Origin: a bacterium
GTDB lineage: Bacteria; UBP6; UBA1177; G963667425
Direction of reading: 5' to 3'
DNA: 64,000 bases
NCBI GenBank assembly: GCA_963667425.1
Contig: OY763407.1
Span: 2,009,226 to 2,073,225 of the forward strand
Shown: positions 37,646-48,922 of the stretch, piece after piece
Layout of the letters: each line of letters begins with the position of its first letter
How positions within the stretch are numbered: position 1 is the first letter of the stretch
The notes under the pieces: generated by a model
The model's database searches: none
What the model saw: only the letters and a program-made list of their open reading frames with translations
What the model was told of the DNA's origin: nothing
Translations under genes and position numbers: made by a program

Positions 37646-40609
37646 CTAAAAATTCTCTTCCGAATATTTTCCAAAATCAGCATCATCAAGTGAAATCATT
37701 TCTGAATCATTATTTTTGTTTTTATCTTCAAGAACTGCCGCTGCATTTTTCTGATTTATCATCATTCTTTCAGAACGTGAACTTGTATTTCTGTAATTAT
37801 AGGCATTAACTTCAAATTCTTTTAATTTAAATTTTTTCATCATTGATTTAAGGTTTACAGCCTGACTGCTTAACTGCTCGGAGGCTGCAGCACTCTCTTC
37901 CGCACTTGCAGTATTTGTCTGAGTTACAGTTTCTATCTGCTGAAGTGCCTGACTTATCTGGCTGAGCCCCACCGCCTGCTCTTTTGAAGATTGAGCTATT
38001 TCAGTAACGACAGAAGTAACTTTGGAAGATTCCAACACTATTTTATCAAGTATTTTAGCCGTTTTGTCAGAAAGCTCAGCTCCAGCTTTTGCTTTATAAA
38101 CAGCATCACCAATCATATCAGCCGTTTCCTTGGCTGCACTGGCACTTCTTGCAGCCAGACTCCTGACCTCTTCAGCAACAATAGCAAAACCTTTCCCATG
38201 AATACCTGCTCTTGCAGCTTCAACAGCGGCATTAAGCGCAAGTAGATTAGTCTGAAATGCTATTTCATCAATAACCTTTATTACCTTTGAAATATTATCA
38301 CTTGATTTTTTAATATCGTCCATAGCATTTTTCAGCTCCATCATCTCTATGTTACCATTTTCAGCAGCATTAAACGCTTCTGTTGAGAGCTTTCTGGCTT
38401 CCTGAGCATTATGAGAATTATCATTTGTCCGTTTCTCAACTTCCTGAAGAGAACTTGTGATTTCTTCAAGACTGGCCGCCTGCTCTGTTGCACCCTGAGA
38501 AAGAGACTGTGCAGCTCCTGACACTTGCTGAGAACCACCTTCAACTTGCTCAGAAGCTGTAACAATATTAGCAATAATACTGTTAAGATTATCAGTTGCC
38601 GTCTGGGCAGAATTTTTTATATCCATAAACTGCCCTTTGTAGCTTCCAACAATATTTTCTGTAAGATCTCCTTCAGCCAAAGCACCAAGCATCATGGTTA
38701 TTTCATTTAAAGGAGCATTATAAGCATCACTTACATCATTAATACTCTGAACCATGTTTTTCCAGTTGCCCTGAAATTTTGAGACATCTGCTTTATTGTT
38801 AATATTACCGTTTCTAACAGCCTGAGCCTGAAGCGTAATTGCATTGACAAGTAAATAAAGAGTATCTACAAGCGTGTTGATAGAATCTTTAACCTTTTCA
38901 TATTCACCTTTATAATGGTCATCTATTTTTTTCAAAGGTTTACCGGCTGAAGCTTCATTTAAAAATATAATAACCCGTTCAAAGGGACCAACTATTGCAT
39001 CAAGAAGATTATTAAGACCTGTTATAAGTTCTTTGTAAGCTCCTTCATATTTAAAAGCGTCTCCTCGTTTGGAAAGATTGCCGTTTGTACCTGCTTCTGC
39101 AAGCATACGGATATCTTTTGAAAGCGACTTAAGATTATTCATACATTTAACTGAAGCAGGAATAAGTTTATCTTCGTCACTTTTCCTTCCCATTCTCTCA
39201 AATCTTTCAAAAATATTAAAACGTCCTTTTGAAAGCTCTTCAAACCCATCTGTTATCTCTTCAAGCTTTTCGACAATGCCATTAATATCATTTTTAAGTT
39301 CTCCAAAAACGCCCGAATACTTCCCTGCAACTTTTTTCTCAAAATTATTAACAGCAATTTTCCCACAAACAATTTTAACTTCATTTATTGGTTCATTAAC
39401 AGCTTTTACAAGATTATTTGCGCCATCAATAAGTGCAGCAAACGAACCATGGAATCTGGAAACATCAGCCTTAACAGAAAGATTCCCCTTCTGAACACTT
39501 TCAATTACAGATGACATTTCAGCAATCAACCCTTTAATCACATTCTGCATATCTCTGAATTTATCTGCCATAATACCAATCTCATCTTCCTGATCGATGT
39601 TGATTGCTTTACCCATATCTCCTTTTGCAATTAATTCAGCACTGGAAACAAGTTCTTCAAGCGGCACTGTAATAGATTTTGAAAGCATATACGCAATAAC
39701 AATAATAAAAACAGCAGAAAAGAAAAGAACCAGCAAAATAACCGTTGATGCCACCTTTGATGCTGTACTCATTTTTTTGTCAATATCATTGTTTATTGAA
39801 TTCATAAGATTCTGAGATTCTGTACCGACTTTAGTCAATCCCGCCATTATTTCCGACTGCTTATCAACAAGATCTGTATAGGCTAGAAATGCCGTTTTTA
39901 ATTCTTCAAGAGAATTTATTATATTGTTTGTCAGAGCAACCCCGGCAGCAGTTGCCATTTGAGATCTCAGCTCTGTCATATATTTTTTAGAAGCATCAAT
40001 ATTATTAAGAGCAGCCTCTTTATCTGCAACTCTCAAAAAACCACGGTAAATCGCAATATTTTCTTTAGCTACAGCAAAATATTCTCCGGCATTAACAATA
40101 TTCATATAACGAATAACAGCAGAACGATCTGAAGGATGTAACTTTAAAAAATCCTTTGCAACAGTTTGAAACTTTGTCAGTGATTTCTCTGTAATACTCT
40201 GATTTTTCTGAAACACTGAAACCAGCTCAACTCTTTTCTTATAAGAATCGGCATATTCTCTGAATTCTGAATTATATTTTGTAAGAAGCCCCTCTATTTT
40301 CTTTAATTCGGCATCTGTTTCCGAATCCACCCTTCCATTTAGAAGCTTTATCTTTTTTACGGCTTTAGTAAATTCCTCTTCCGATTTTTGAATATCCTCT
40401 TCAGAATGAGAAGATTTATAGGAGACAACACGCATACGCATTGCCCCTGTAATGCTGTTTAATTCAGAGATCTCTTTAGACCTTGCATTGTATTCCTGAC
40501 TCTTGTTTAAAGATAAATAGCCTGCCATACCTATAATCAAAGCAAAAAAGAATATTGCTGAAAATGTAACAACAAGTCGATTTTTGATTTTTAAATTCTT
40601 AAATTTCAT
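37646..40609 (-). CDS. Methyl-accepting chemotaxis protein with a repeated HAMP-like array
   Basis: TM segment, helical sensor, second TM segment, and a canonical HAMP ([13 protein letters not shown]). At least 3 further GN(L/I)-x-(K/R)-AD-x-S-x-F-x-G repeats follow. The signalling domain contains [21 protein letters not shown]. Confidence 0.9.
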   Translation of the reverse strand: MKFKNLKIKNRLVVTFSAIFFFALIIGMAGYLSLNKSQEYNARSKEISELNSITGAMRMRVVSYKSSHSEEDIQKSEEEFTKAVKKIKLLNGRVDSETDAELKKIEGLLTKYNSEFREYADSYKKRVELVSVFQKNQSITEKSLTKFQTVAKDFLKLHPSDRSAVIRYMNIVNAGEYFAVAKENIAIYRGFLRVADKEAALNNIDASKKYMTELRSQMATAAGVALTNNIINSLEELKTAFLAYTDLVDKQSEIMAGLTKVGTESQNLMNSINNDIDKKMSTASKVASTVILLVLFFSAVFIIVIAYMLSKSITVPLEELVSSAELIAKGDMGKAINIDQEDEIGIMADKFRDMQNVIKGLIAEMSSVIESVQKGNLSVKADVSRFHGSFAALIDGANNLVKAVNEPINEVKIVCGKIAVNNFEKKVAGKYSGVFGELKNDINGIVEKLEEITDGFEELSKGRFNIFERFERMGRKSDEDKLIPASVKCMNNLKSLSKDIRMLAEAGTNGNLSKRGDAFKYEGAYKELITGLNNLLDAIVGPFERVIIFLNEASAGKPLKKIDDHYKGEYEKVKDSINTLVDTLYLLVNAITLQAQAVRNGNINNKADVSKFQGNWKNMVQSINDVSDAYNAPLNEITMMLGALAEGDLTENIVGSYKGQFMDIKNSAQTATDNLNSIIANIVTASEQVEGGSQQVSGAAQSLSQGATEQAASLEEITSSLQEVEKRTNDNSHNAQEARKLSTEAFNAAENGNIEMMELKNAMDDIKKSSDNISKVIKVIDEIAFQTNLLALNAAVEAARAGIHGKGFAIVAEEVRSLAARSASAAKETADMIGDAVYKAKAGAELSDKTAKILDKIVLESSKVTSVVTEIAQSSKEQAVGLSQISQALQQIETVTQTNTASAEESAAASEQLSSQAVNLKSMMKKFKLKEFEVNAYNYRNTSSRSERMMINQKNAAAVLEDKNKNNDSEMISLDDADFGKYSEENF

Positions 40610-40927
40610 AACGCCTCCAATATATTTCTAACATTTATCTAATATTTACATTATGTATCTTTAAAATTCAAATAACATAATAATAATATTTAAATTAAGA
40701 AACTTCAAATTTCAAACATCTAAAATAAAACTTAAAGAAAAGAATACATTGCAAGCGTAAAATAGTCAAGCAATATTTATATATTACAAAAGAAGTGGAA
40801 AATATCAGGTTAAAAGCTATTTGCATCATTTTCAGACTTTTAGTATTAAAAAAAATGAGTTTTACAAAAGAATTATTTAAAGATGCAATATCAGATAAAT
40901 TAACATTTTAGATTAAAAAACAACTAG

Positions 40928-41731
40928 TTAAGAACAGCCAGCTTTTATAAAAAAATCCTTTAAAGCATTTTTTCTTACATCAGGAGCGACAACTTCATAT
41001 ACATCACAAATATCCTTCAAAGAAAGACCTTTGTTTTTTAATATCAAAGCAAGCTTAAAAACTTCATCATCAGGCAGTTTCTCTTTATCCGAAGGCTCAA
41101 CAAGAATTGCAAATTCACCTTTTTCGGTTACAGCCTGATCCTTGTAAACAAAAACCTCTTCAAACTTTTTGGTAAGCTCTCTTCCAACAACAACTCTTTT
41201 AGTTTTTCCCTCCAGAAGAGATAGTAAATTTGTAATCCTTTTAGGACTTTCATACAGCACAAAAGGGACACCTGAAGAAAAAAGCTTATCCAGCACCTGA
41301 TTCCGCACACTGCCGGTTGAAGGGAGAAAACCTCCGAAAAGAAAAACATCGCTTTCCGAACCTGAGACAGAAAAAAGAGAAATTGCAGCCGAAGCACCCG
41401 GCACAGGAACAACCTTCATCGATTTTTCCAAAACCTCTCTTACAAGAAACTTACCTGGATCTGAAACACACGGTGTTCCGGCATCAGAAACCATTGCAAG
41501 GTCTTTTCCTTCCTCAAGCATTGTAACAAACTTTTCAAGATCCTTCTTTTCTGAAAATTTATGATAAGAATTGAGCGACGTTCTTATGTTAAAATAATCA
41601 AGAAGCTTCTTTGTCTCTCTGGTATCTTCCGCAAGAATAAGATCCACATCAGATAAAATTCTTTTTGCTCTTTCAGTAATATCCTCAAGATTTCCAATAG
41701 GTGTGGCAACAACATAAAGAATCCCTTCCAT
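40928..41731 (-). CDS. rsmI: 16S rRNA (cytidine1402-2'-O)-methyltransferase
   Basis: LYVVATPIGNLEDIT, ILAEDTR, SDAGTP. Confidence 0.9.
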   Translation of the reverse strand: MEGILYVVATPIGNLEDITERAKRILSDVDLILAEDTRETKKLLDYFNIRTSLNSYHKFSEKKDLEKFVTMLEEGKDLAMVSDAGTPCVSDPGKFLVREVLEKSMKVVPVPGASAAISLFSVSGSESDVFLFGGFLPSTGSVRNQVLDKLFSSGVPFVLYESPKRITNLLSLLEGKTKRVVVGRELTKKFEEVFVYKDQAVTEKGEFAILVEPSDKEKLPDDEVFKLALILKNKGLSLKDICDVYEVVAPDVRKNALKDFFIKAGCS

Positions 41732-41733
41732 TA

Positions 41734-42117
41734 TTAAAACTCCGCATCAAAAGCATTTTCAATATAATCTATATCCGCCGAACCATTTTCGCTGAAAACG
41801 ACACCTGCAACATCAAATCTGAAATCCTTATCCTTATCAAACAAACGATTCTTCTGTATGTAATAATTTGCAGTTCTGACAATATGTCTGATTTTTACCC
41901 GGTCAATAGTCTCGATCGGAGAACCATCTTTCCACATAACCCTTGACCAGCTTCTAACCTCAACAAAAACTATGAGCGATTCTTTTTCAGCAATAATATC
42001 AATCTCGCCACCCTTCATATAAAAGTTTCTGTCAAGAATTTTAAAACCATCGCCAGCAAGCTTTTCAGCTACAAGTTTTTCAGCTTCATTTCCTTTGCTG
42101 CGACTGTTTTCCATCAT
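41734..42117 (-). CDS. yraN: YraN-family (UPF0102) endonuclease-like protein
   Basis: GNEAEKLVAEKL...GGEIDIIA...VFVEVRS. Confidence 0.85.
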   Translation of the reverse strand: MMENSRSKGNEAEKLVAEKLAGDGFKILDRNFYMKGGEIDIIAEKESLIVFVEVRSWSRVMWKDGSPIETIDRVKIRHIVRTANYYIQKNRLFDKDKDFRFDVAGVVFSENGSADIDYIENAFDAEF

Positions 42118-42566
42118 CTATACCTTTCGGTCATTCTCCGAACATCTCTTTCCTGATCCTTCTTTTTCAGAGCCTCTCTTTTATCATAAAGAGCCTTACC
42201 CTTCACAAGAGCAATAGTAATCTTTGCACGACCATCTTTAAGATAAATCTCCAGAGGCGTAAGAGTAAAACCCCTTTCCTTTATTTTCTGATAAAGCTTA
42301 AGAATCTCCTTTTTATGCAGAAGAAGTTTTCTCGCGCGCTCTTCATCATGATTCCAAATATTTCCATGACTATAAACAGAAATACTAAAACCCATAAGCC
42401 ACATCTCGCCATTTTTTACAATAGCAAAACTATCCTTAAAATTAACCTTCCCGTCTCTTATAGACTTAATTTCCGTCCCCGTAAGAACCAAACCAGCTTC
42501 AACTTTTTCAATCACTTCATAATTATGCCAAGCTTTTCTGTTTCTGGCAACACTTTTTATTCCCAT
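42114..42566 (-). CDS. smpB: SsrA-binding protein
   Basis: ARNRKAWHNYEV, TGTEIKSIR, HDEERARKLLLHKKEI. The start could instead be 42596 (track). Confidence 0.95.
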   Translation of the reverse strand: MGIKSVARNRKAWHNYEVIEKVEAGLVLTGTEIKSIRDGKVNFKDSFAIVKNGEMWLMGFSISVYSHGNIWNHDEERARKLLLHKKEILKLYQKIKERGFTLTPLEIYLKDGRAKITIALVKGKALYDKREALKKKDQERDVRRMTERYR

Positions 42567-42957
42567 AACAATCCCATCCTCTAAGTTCCGCACCATTTTA
42601 TGTCAGAGTGCAGAAATATCAAACAAAACTGTAAAAATGATTTTTATAGTGTATTAATCAGCAATTTTGAAAATGAATTTTTATTAGAAAATAATATTTA
42701 AGAATCTTTTATAAAAAAAATATTCAAAATGTTCAGCGTTTCAAAAAGTGTGGAAATCAGCGCTATCAATTTTCTCTAAACATTAATACACAAGGAAAAT
42801 GACTTCTCCAGTATTTAAAAAAGTCAGAAAGAAGAAGCATCAACCTCTAAAACCCATCAAAAAAAAACTTCGATTACTTGACAACTATTTAAAATGATAA
42901 AAAAAATTGTCGCTACAATAAATTGATACTTTATTAATTTTATTTGGAGTAGAAATT

Positions 42958-43424
42958 ATGAAGAATTTTTGTTGTTTTTATTATTTGTTCTGATTGCAAA
43001 CATTACGTTAGCTTTTGGTCCAATTGTTATTCCACCAATTAATACGGATTTACTTCCTGTTAATTTTTCTGATTCAGAATTTGAAGCATGTGTAAGAGAG
43101 AATCTTGGTTTATCTTCCTCGAATCTTATGGTGACAGTTGGTGCAGCTAGAGATATTACAGAACTATATTGTTCAGAATATAATATTGTTAATTTTGAAG
43201 ATGTTGCAAAACTTCCAAATTTAAATCAAATAGAGTTAAGCGATTTAGTTATAAATGTCTTAGATGAAACAAATGATGACGATGATGAACCATGTCCTAA
43301 CGATCCTCCTATTGGTCCAGATGATGACAATATTTACATTCATAGAAACATCTTAATTAACTTGGTAATGTATCAGATTAGATCTTATATTAATCAGAAT
43401 ATTTTTATTATTATTCAGCCTTAA
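42958..43424 (+). pseudogene. Frameshifted or truncated secreted LRR-like protein fragment
   Basis: The GGAG+ATG at 42958 opens only 11 codons. The long ORF (42969..43424, TTG start) is in another frame. Adding one T to the T5 run (42966-42970) would give MKNFLLFLLFVLIANITLAFG, a clean signal peptide. The 3' end degenerates into low-complexity sequence and overlaps the next gene. Confidence 0.4.
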
Positions 43425-45350
43425 AATAATCAAACTCAAGTGTCTTAACAAAGAATTCAATTAACATTTCCTGATTTTTCCACATTGAATGTCCTTTGTC
43501 AGGATCCATATAAAGATAAACATCTCTATCCTTTGAAAGATTGTTTTCTTTTAGCTTCATTGCAAATTTTTCAGCATGTATTGCCCCTACAAGACTATCC
43601 TGCACCCCTCCTTTTATTAAAATATCAGGATAATATGTTTTTTTTATGTTATGGTATGGCGAATACGTAAGAATATTTTTCAGATTTTCTTCATTGGCAG
43701 GATCACCATAATCTGCTGTCCAGTATTTTCCGCTTTTTATATTTGTATAGTTGACCATATCTGTAAGAGGCGTTCCTATAATTGCCGATCTTATCATATC
43801 TGCATCTCTGGTTACAGCAACGGATGTAAGTAATCCTCCCTGACTTGAGCCAATAATTCCCAGCTTTTCTTTTGAAGTGTAGCCTTTGTCAATAAGAAAT
43901 TGCATTGCATAATGAAAATCTCTGAAAGTTGTATTTTTATTCTTACCTGCTCCGGTTTTATACCACCTGTCGCCATATTCTCCTCCGCCTCTTAAATGTA
44001 CAACAGCATAAATACCACCTTTTAGAGCCCATAAATTGAAAAATGAAGAAAATTGAGGAAACAATATCATCCTAAAACCGCCGTAACCATAAAGAATTAA
44101 AGGATTGTTGCCATCAAATTTCATATCATCCCTGTAAATTACGTCAATTGGTATCTGCGTTCCATCAAACGAAGGATAAAATAAAAGTTCGTGACGTAAT
44201 CGTCCTAGATCTGCTTTAATTTTTATTTCAGATTCCTTTTTTAAACCTTCTTTTTCTGTATAACTGTATAAAATACCTTTATCCAGATATGATGTCCAGT
44301 AGATATAAAGTTTACCGCCTACTGTTTTATAATCAGTAACTGTTCCCCCTTCGGGTATGCCGACATTTTTTAATGTACTTTTTTCAGTATAGTAAATATA
44401 AAATTGATGCGAGACATTTTCAAACATTTTAAAAACAAGATTTTTATCTGAAGTACCAAATGCTTCAATTATATGCTTTTCATCATTTTCAATAATAGTC
44501 TCACTCTTTAAAGTTTCAGGACTTACTTTTAATATTTTATAGTTATAGGCATTACCTTCATTTGTTCTAATATAAAGAATATCATTTGAAAAAAATCCTG
44601 AATAGTTATCTTTATATTCATTTACAAAAGGTTTAAATTCCTCCCTTTCAATATTATAGAAAAAACCTTTGTCTTTTTTGATGTACCAAGGTTATCAAAA
44701 ATTGCCAGCCATTTTTTGCTTTCAGATATTTTATAAGTAACAAAAGATGTTTCTTCCTTGCTTTTATATATCAGCTTGTCATTACTTGTTCCAACTGTTT
44801 TGAGATAGAGAACATATCTAAACTCTTCTTTTGTTGTATAAAAATATCTTGTATCATCAAGCCATTTAATTCCACATTTGTTCCAGAAATGCTCTTTTAC
44901 TTCTATCTCTTTTTTATTTTCAATATCAAAAAGAATTAATTTAGAAAAATCACCTTCCTTGTTGTCCCTGTAAAGAACATATTTGTAAGTGGGAGATATT
45001 TCTGGCAATAAAATAGTGTGGTTTTCTTTGGCTTTTAAGATAAGTTCGCTATTTTTTTCAGTAATTAAATAAAGCTCCCTCCCGTTTTCAACCTTGACCG
45101 CTTTTTCTTCAGACATAATCCTTGAATGCTTATTTAAAGGATTAAACAGGTCAAAATCTTTCTTTATCTTTTCTGAAAGCTCTGTATGAAAAATTTGTTC
45201 CGCTTTTTCTCTCTCTTTTTTGACAAAATTATGAACTTTATTTTCATCAACCTCTATTGCATTATATATCTTATATCTGCTTTTATTATTTATATTTAGT
45301 AATAAGACTCCTAAAAATATTAAAATACATATTAAAAAAAACTTTCTCAT
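43411..45350 (-). pseudogene. Second S9A prolyl oligopeptidase paralog, interrupted by one frameshift
   Basis: ORF 44622..45350 is the N-terminal/propeller part. ORF 43411..44427 is the catalytic part (GYGGF, HLRGGGEYG, GSSQGGLL, GHS). The catalytic frame stays open upstream to about 44693. The frames meet at an A6 run (T6 on plus, 44674-44679). An A7 there would read ...GTSKKDKGFFY, matching WKKDESGFFY in the intact paralog. Confidence 0.7.
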
Positions 45351-45511
45351 TTATAACTCTTTATAAAAAAATCGCTCATGTTTATATCACAATAAAAATA
45401 GTTGCACAAGAAACAATTCCAAAACTCTGTATACAAGTAAAAAATAACCACTTTGAATAAAATTTAGAAATTATATCGAATTCTGCAAGTAAAAAAAACA
45501 GTGTCACATAG

Positions 45512-46333
45512 AATATAAATAATTTTCTTATTACCAAAGGCGGAAACTATCTTTACATCTATTATGACAAGCTATTCAAAACAGGAACCAGTTATGAAAA
45601 CCTTACATGGAACTGGATAAGTCTTGGAGAAGGTAAAGCATATAATCCAAATATAGTTGATAACAGGTTGGCATTTTACCTTGATAATTTTAAAGGTTAT
45701 ATATGCGATCTTGATAAGACACCAAAATCACTTGATGAATGCAGATTAATAAACAGAACAGTTGATGGAGCAGATGAAAAAATAAGACATTTAATAATTG
45801 ATAAAAACAACAAAGATATTCTTTATTTTAATCCTTTAGGAATGACAGATGGCTTTATGAGAGTTGACACATCTAAAACGCCATGGGAATATACAAAATT
45901 TGAAATGCAGGATAATGAGCCAAACACATATAGTCTGGCAATGACTCAAATAAAAGATTCTTTTGTTACATATTTAAACATTTATCTTCCAGATGAAACG
46001 ATGGATAGCAGGACAGGTAAAGTCTGTTTTTACAGACTGGATAAAAAGAAAAGTTACTGTTCCAAGCCGATAACATGGATAGATGCAGAAACAGGCAAAG
46101 AAGAATCAAAATATGATCAGTCACATGCAGAATTTTGGGGACATTACCTTGCATGGTAGGACTCTGATACACCATCAGTCTATTTAAGAGATATGGAGTG
46201 CTACTGCGACCTTCACCCGGAAATCTGCCCTTATGATGATTACACCCCAAATCCCCAGTGCCCTAAAAACATAAAGACAGGTGAACATGAATGCATTGAT
46301 GCTGACACTGAATCACCTGATGAAGATATTTAA
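45512..46333 (+). pseudogene. Remnant of a secreted Cys-rich protein: no credible start, in-frame TAG
   Basis: The frame is open from 45512 with no ATG or RBS; the track uses TTG at 45668. There is a TAG at 46157-46159. After it, 57 more in-frame codons read CYCDLHPEICPYDDYTPNPQCP...DADTESPDEDI, up to the TAA at 46331-46333. Confidence 0.55.
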
Positions 46334-46398
46334 ATTTATTCCAAAGAATCTCGGTTAAATGATATAGAACTTCAAGAACTTTAAATCAATGTTCTTAG

Positions 46399-46905
46399 TT
46401 ACCCTTTCTTTTCTGATATTTTTTTCTTAATGTAGTTATTGAGTCCACCGGCGTCCATGATGCCTGCTACTTCAGGCGGGAGTGGCGGAAATGAAAAGAC
46501 TTCTCCTGATGAAATTGTAAGTGTTCCTTTTTCGGTATCTATTGTAACAACATCACCTCTTCTTACTTTGTCTTTGACATTTCTAACTTCAAGGGTTGGG
46601 AGTCCTGCATTTATGCAGTTTCTGAAATATATTCTCGAAAAGCTTTCTGCAACTACAGCTCCCATTTCAAGGTATTTAAAGCAGAAGGCGGCCTGTTCTC
46701 TGCTTGAACCGCATCCGAAATTTTTACCTGCAATGATTATATCGCCTTTTGAAACTTCTTTAATAAATGCAGGATCTTCATCTTCAAGTGCATGAAGAGC
46801 CATTTCTTTAGGATCTGTAACTGTGTAGGTATATTTCCCGGGAAAAATAACATCTGTATTTACATCATCGCCATAAATAAAAACTCTTCCTTTTATAACT
46901 GACAT
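46399..46905 (-). CDS. Aconitase-family dehydratase small subunit (LeuD/HacB-like)
   Basis: The MSVIKGRVFIYGDDVNTDVIFPGKY start at 46905 has AAGGAGG upstream. GCGSSREQA motif. The track ORF's N-terminal extension overlaps the large-subunit gene. Confidence 0.85.
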   Translation of the reverse strand: MSVIKGRVFIYGDDVNTDVIFPGKYTYTVTDPKEMALHALEDEDPAFIKEVSKGDIIIAGKNFGCGSSREQAAFCFKYLEMGAVVAESFSRIYFRNCINAGLPTLEVRNVKDKVRRGDVVTIDTEKGTLTISSGEVFSFPPLPPEVAGIMDAGGLNNYIKKKISEKKG

Positions 46906-46915
46906 GGTTACCTCC

Positions 46916-48172
46916 TTATATTTCATCCGGTGTTGCGATTCTTCCCTTAAGTGCAGATGCCGCTGCCACATAGGGCGATGCCAGATATATGTATGCTGTG
47001 TTGCACCCCATTCTGCCTCTGAAGTTTCTGTTTGCAGTTGAAACTGTAACTTCACCAGGAGCCATTACTCCTTCATGGGCACCTAAGCATGGTCCGCATC
47101 CTGGGTTTAGTATGATTCCGCCTGCTTCAACAAAGACTTTTAGAAGACCTTCTTCCATAGCCTGTAAATATATTTCACTGCTTGCAGGGAGTACCAGAAG
47201 TCTTGTGTTTTTGTTAATTTTTTTGCCTTTAAGAAGCTCGGCAGCCATTCTGAAATCTTCAATACGACCATTCGTACATGTTCCAAGAAGAACCTGATGT
47301 ACTCTGACATTTTTGAGTTCATCAGCATTTTTAGCATTATCAACACTGTCAGGGCATGCAATTGTAAAAGGAACATTTTCAACGTTTATTTCTATTGTCT
47401 CGGCATATTCAGCATCAGGATCAGGATATATAGGGTTATAGGAGCCAGCGTTTATATTTCTCTCCTCAAGGTATTTGAAAACCTTTTCATCGGGTGCACA
47501 GTAGCCATTTTTAGCTCCAAGTTCAACAGCCATATTTGTTAAAACGAGCCTGTCTGCCAGAGAGAGGGATTCAACATATTCTCCGCTGAATTCTATTGAT
47601 TTGTAAAGTGCACCATCAGCTTTTATCCTGCCTGCAATATAAAGAAGAACGTCTTTGGATGTAAGATATTTTGATGGTTTACCGCTTATAACTATTTTCA
47701 TTGATTCAGGAACTTTAAGCCAAATCTCGCCTGTTGCCCATATTCCGGCAGCTTCACTTCTTCCGATACCTGTCGAAAATGCACCTAAAGCGCCATAAGT
47801 TGTGGTATGGGAATCGGAGCCGACAATGAATTTTCCTGGTAGAGCAAAGCCTTCTTCAACCATAACCTGATGGCATACACCTCTGCCGCAGTCATAAAAA
47901 CTTTCTATTTCCTGTTCTGCAACAAACATTCTTATTTTCTGATGATTAGCTGCAGCTTTTTCATTTGCTGCAGGAACTATATGGTCAAGAATAATCACAG
48001 CCTGATTTTTATCATAAAGATTTTCTCCTCCCATTTTTTGAAATGTTCCAAGAATTGCGGCAGCATTGTCATGAGTGAGAACATAATCAGGTTTGACTGA
48101 AACAATTGTTCCCGCCGTAAGATCTTTGCCTAATTTCATTGAAAAGATTTTTTCTGCAAAACTCTTTCCCAT
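46916..48172 (-). CDS. Aconitase-family dehydratase large subunit (LeuC/HacA-like, short archaeal-type)
   Basis: GSDSHTTTYGALGAF, LGTCTNGRIEDF, NPGCGPCLG (Fe-S Cys ligands). Confidence 0.85.
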   Translation of the reverse strand: MGKSFAEKIFSMKLGKDLTAGTIVSVKPDYVLTHDNAAAILGTFQKMGGENLYDKNQAVIILDHIVPAANEKAAANHQKIRMFVAEQEIESFYDCGRGVCHQVMVEEGFALPGKFIVGSDSHTTTYGALGAFSTGIGRSEAAGIWATGEIWLKVPESMKIVISGKPSKYLTSKDVLLYIAGRIKADGALYKSIEFSGEYVESLSLADRLVLTNMAVELGAKNGYCAPDEKVFKYLEERNINAGSYNPIYPDPDAEYAETIEINVENVPFTIACPDSVDNAKNADELKNVRVHQVLLGTCTNGRIEDFRMAAELLKGKKINKNTRLLVLPASSEIYLQAMEEGLLKVFVEAGGIILNPGCGPCLGAHEGVMAPGEVTVSTANRNFRGRMGCNTAYIYLASPYVAAASALKGRIATPDEI

Positions 48173-48195
48173 AAGTCTCTCCTTTTAAAAGGTTT

Positions 48196-48834
48196 TTATC
48201 GTCCCATTAATGTATCTATAGCTGCTAGCTGTTCAGGCAGCATTTTTCTCTGTGTTCCCATAATATCGGTTATAAGTGTAAGACGTGCAGAAGATTCTAT
48301 AAGTTCAAGTTTATTAAATGCAGAAAGAAGAGATGAGCCAACTGCAAGTATTCCATGGTGTTCCATAACTACTGTATCTGCATTTAAAGTGTGCTCGGAA
48401 ACTATTTCTGCAAGTTCTGGTGTTCCCATAAGCGCATACGGTGCAAAAGCCGGTTTTCCTGTAAGAGCCCATGTTTCACCTGCAAGGTCTGTCCTTATCT
48501 CTTTTTCCGGAGAAACTGCAAAAGCTGTTGCTGTTGAAGGATGAGCATGTACTACAGCTTTAACATCACTGCGTTTTCTGTAAATAGCCAGATGCATTCC
48601 TGTTTCCATACTTAATTTAAACTGCGGTGTCAGATTTTCTCCATCAAGAGTAACAACACCTATTTCATCTCCCTGAAGTCTGCATTTATCGGTTTGAGAA
48701 GGTGTAATAAGAACATGTGTTTCATTTATTCTAAAACTTATATTTCCACCTGATGTCGTTGTAAGTTTCTGGGCATAAAGCCTTCTCATGAAGTATGCAA
48801 CTTCTTCCATATCTTTTTTATAGCTATTAAACAT
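48196..48834 (-). CDS. Class II aldolase/adducin-family protein
   Basis: TSGGNISFR, VVHAHPSTATAFA, MEHHGILAVG. Confidence 0.8.
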   Translation of the reverse strand: MFNSYKKDMEEVAYFMRRLYAQKLTTTSGGNISFRINETHVLITPSQTDKCRLQGDEIGVVTLDGENLTPQFKLSMETGMHLAIYRKRSDVKAVVHAHPSTATAFAVSPEKEIRTDLAGETWALTGKPAFAPYALMGTPELAEIVSEHTLNADTVVMEHHGILAVGSSLLSAFNKLELIESSARLTLITDIMGTQRKMLPEQLAAIDTLMGR

Positions 48835-48922
48835 AAATACCTCCTAATTCAATATTGCAATAAAGTTATAGCTTTTTAATTATGTTTTTGTCAAATTAAT
48901 AGAAATTATCATGAAAAAAGAT

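Noticed and set aside
42597-42957. tmRNA (ssrA) adjacent to smpB
   Set aside because: The region is AT-rich. It has no GGGG...acceptor-stem start, tag reading frame or T-arm-like GC-rich segment.
46906-47055. N-terminal 50-aa extension of the LeuD-like ORF
   Set aside because: It overlaps the 3' end of the large-subunit gene. The internal ATG at 46905 has a strong AAGGAGG and begins the conserved LeuD N-terminus.
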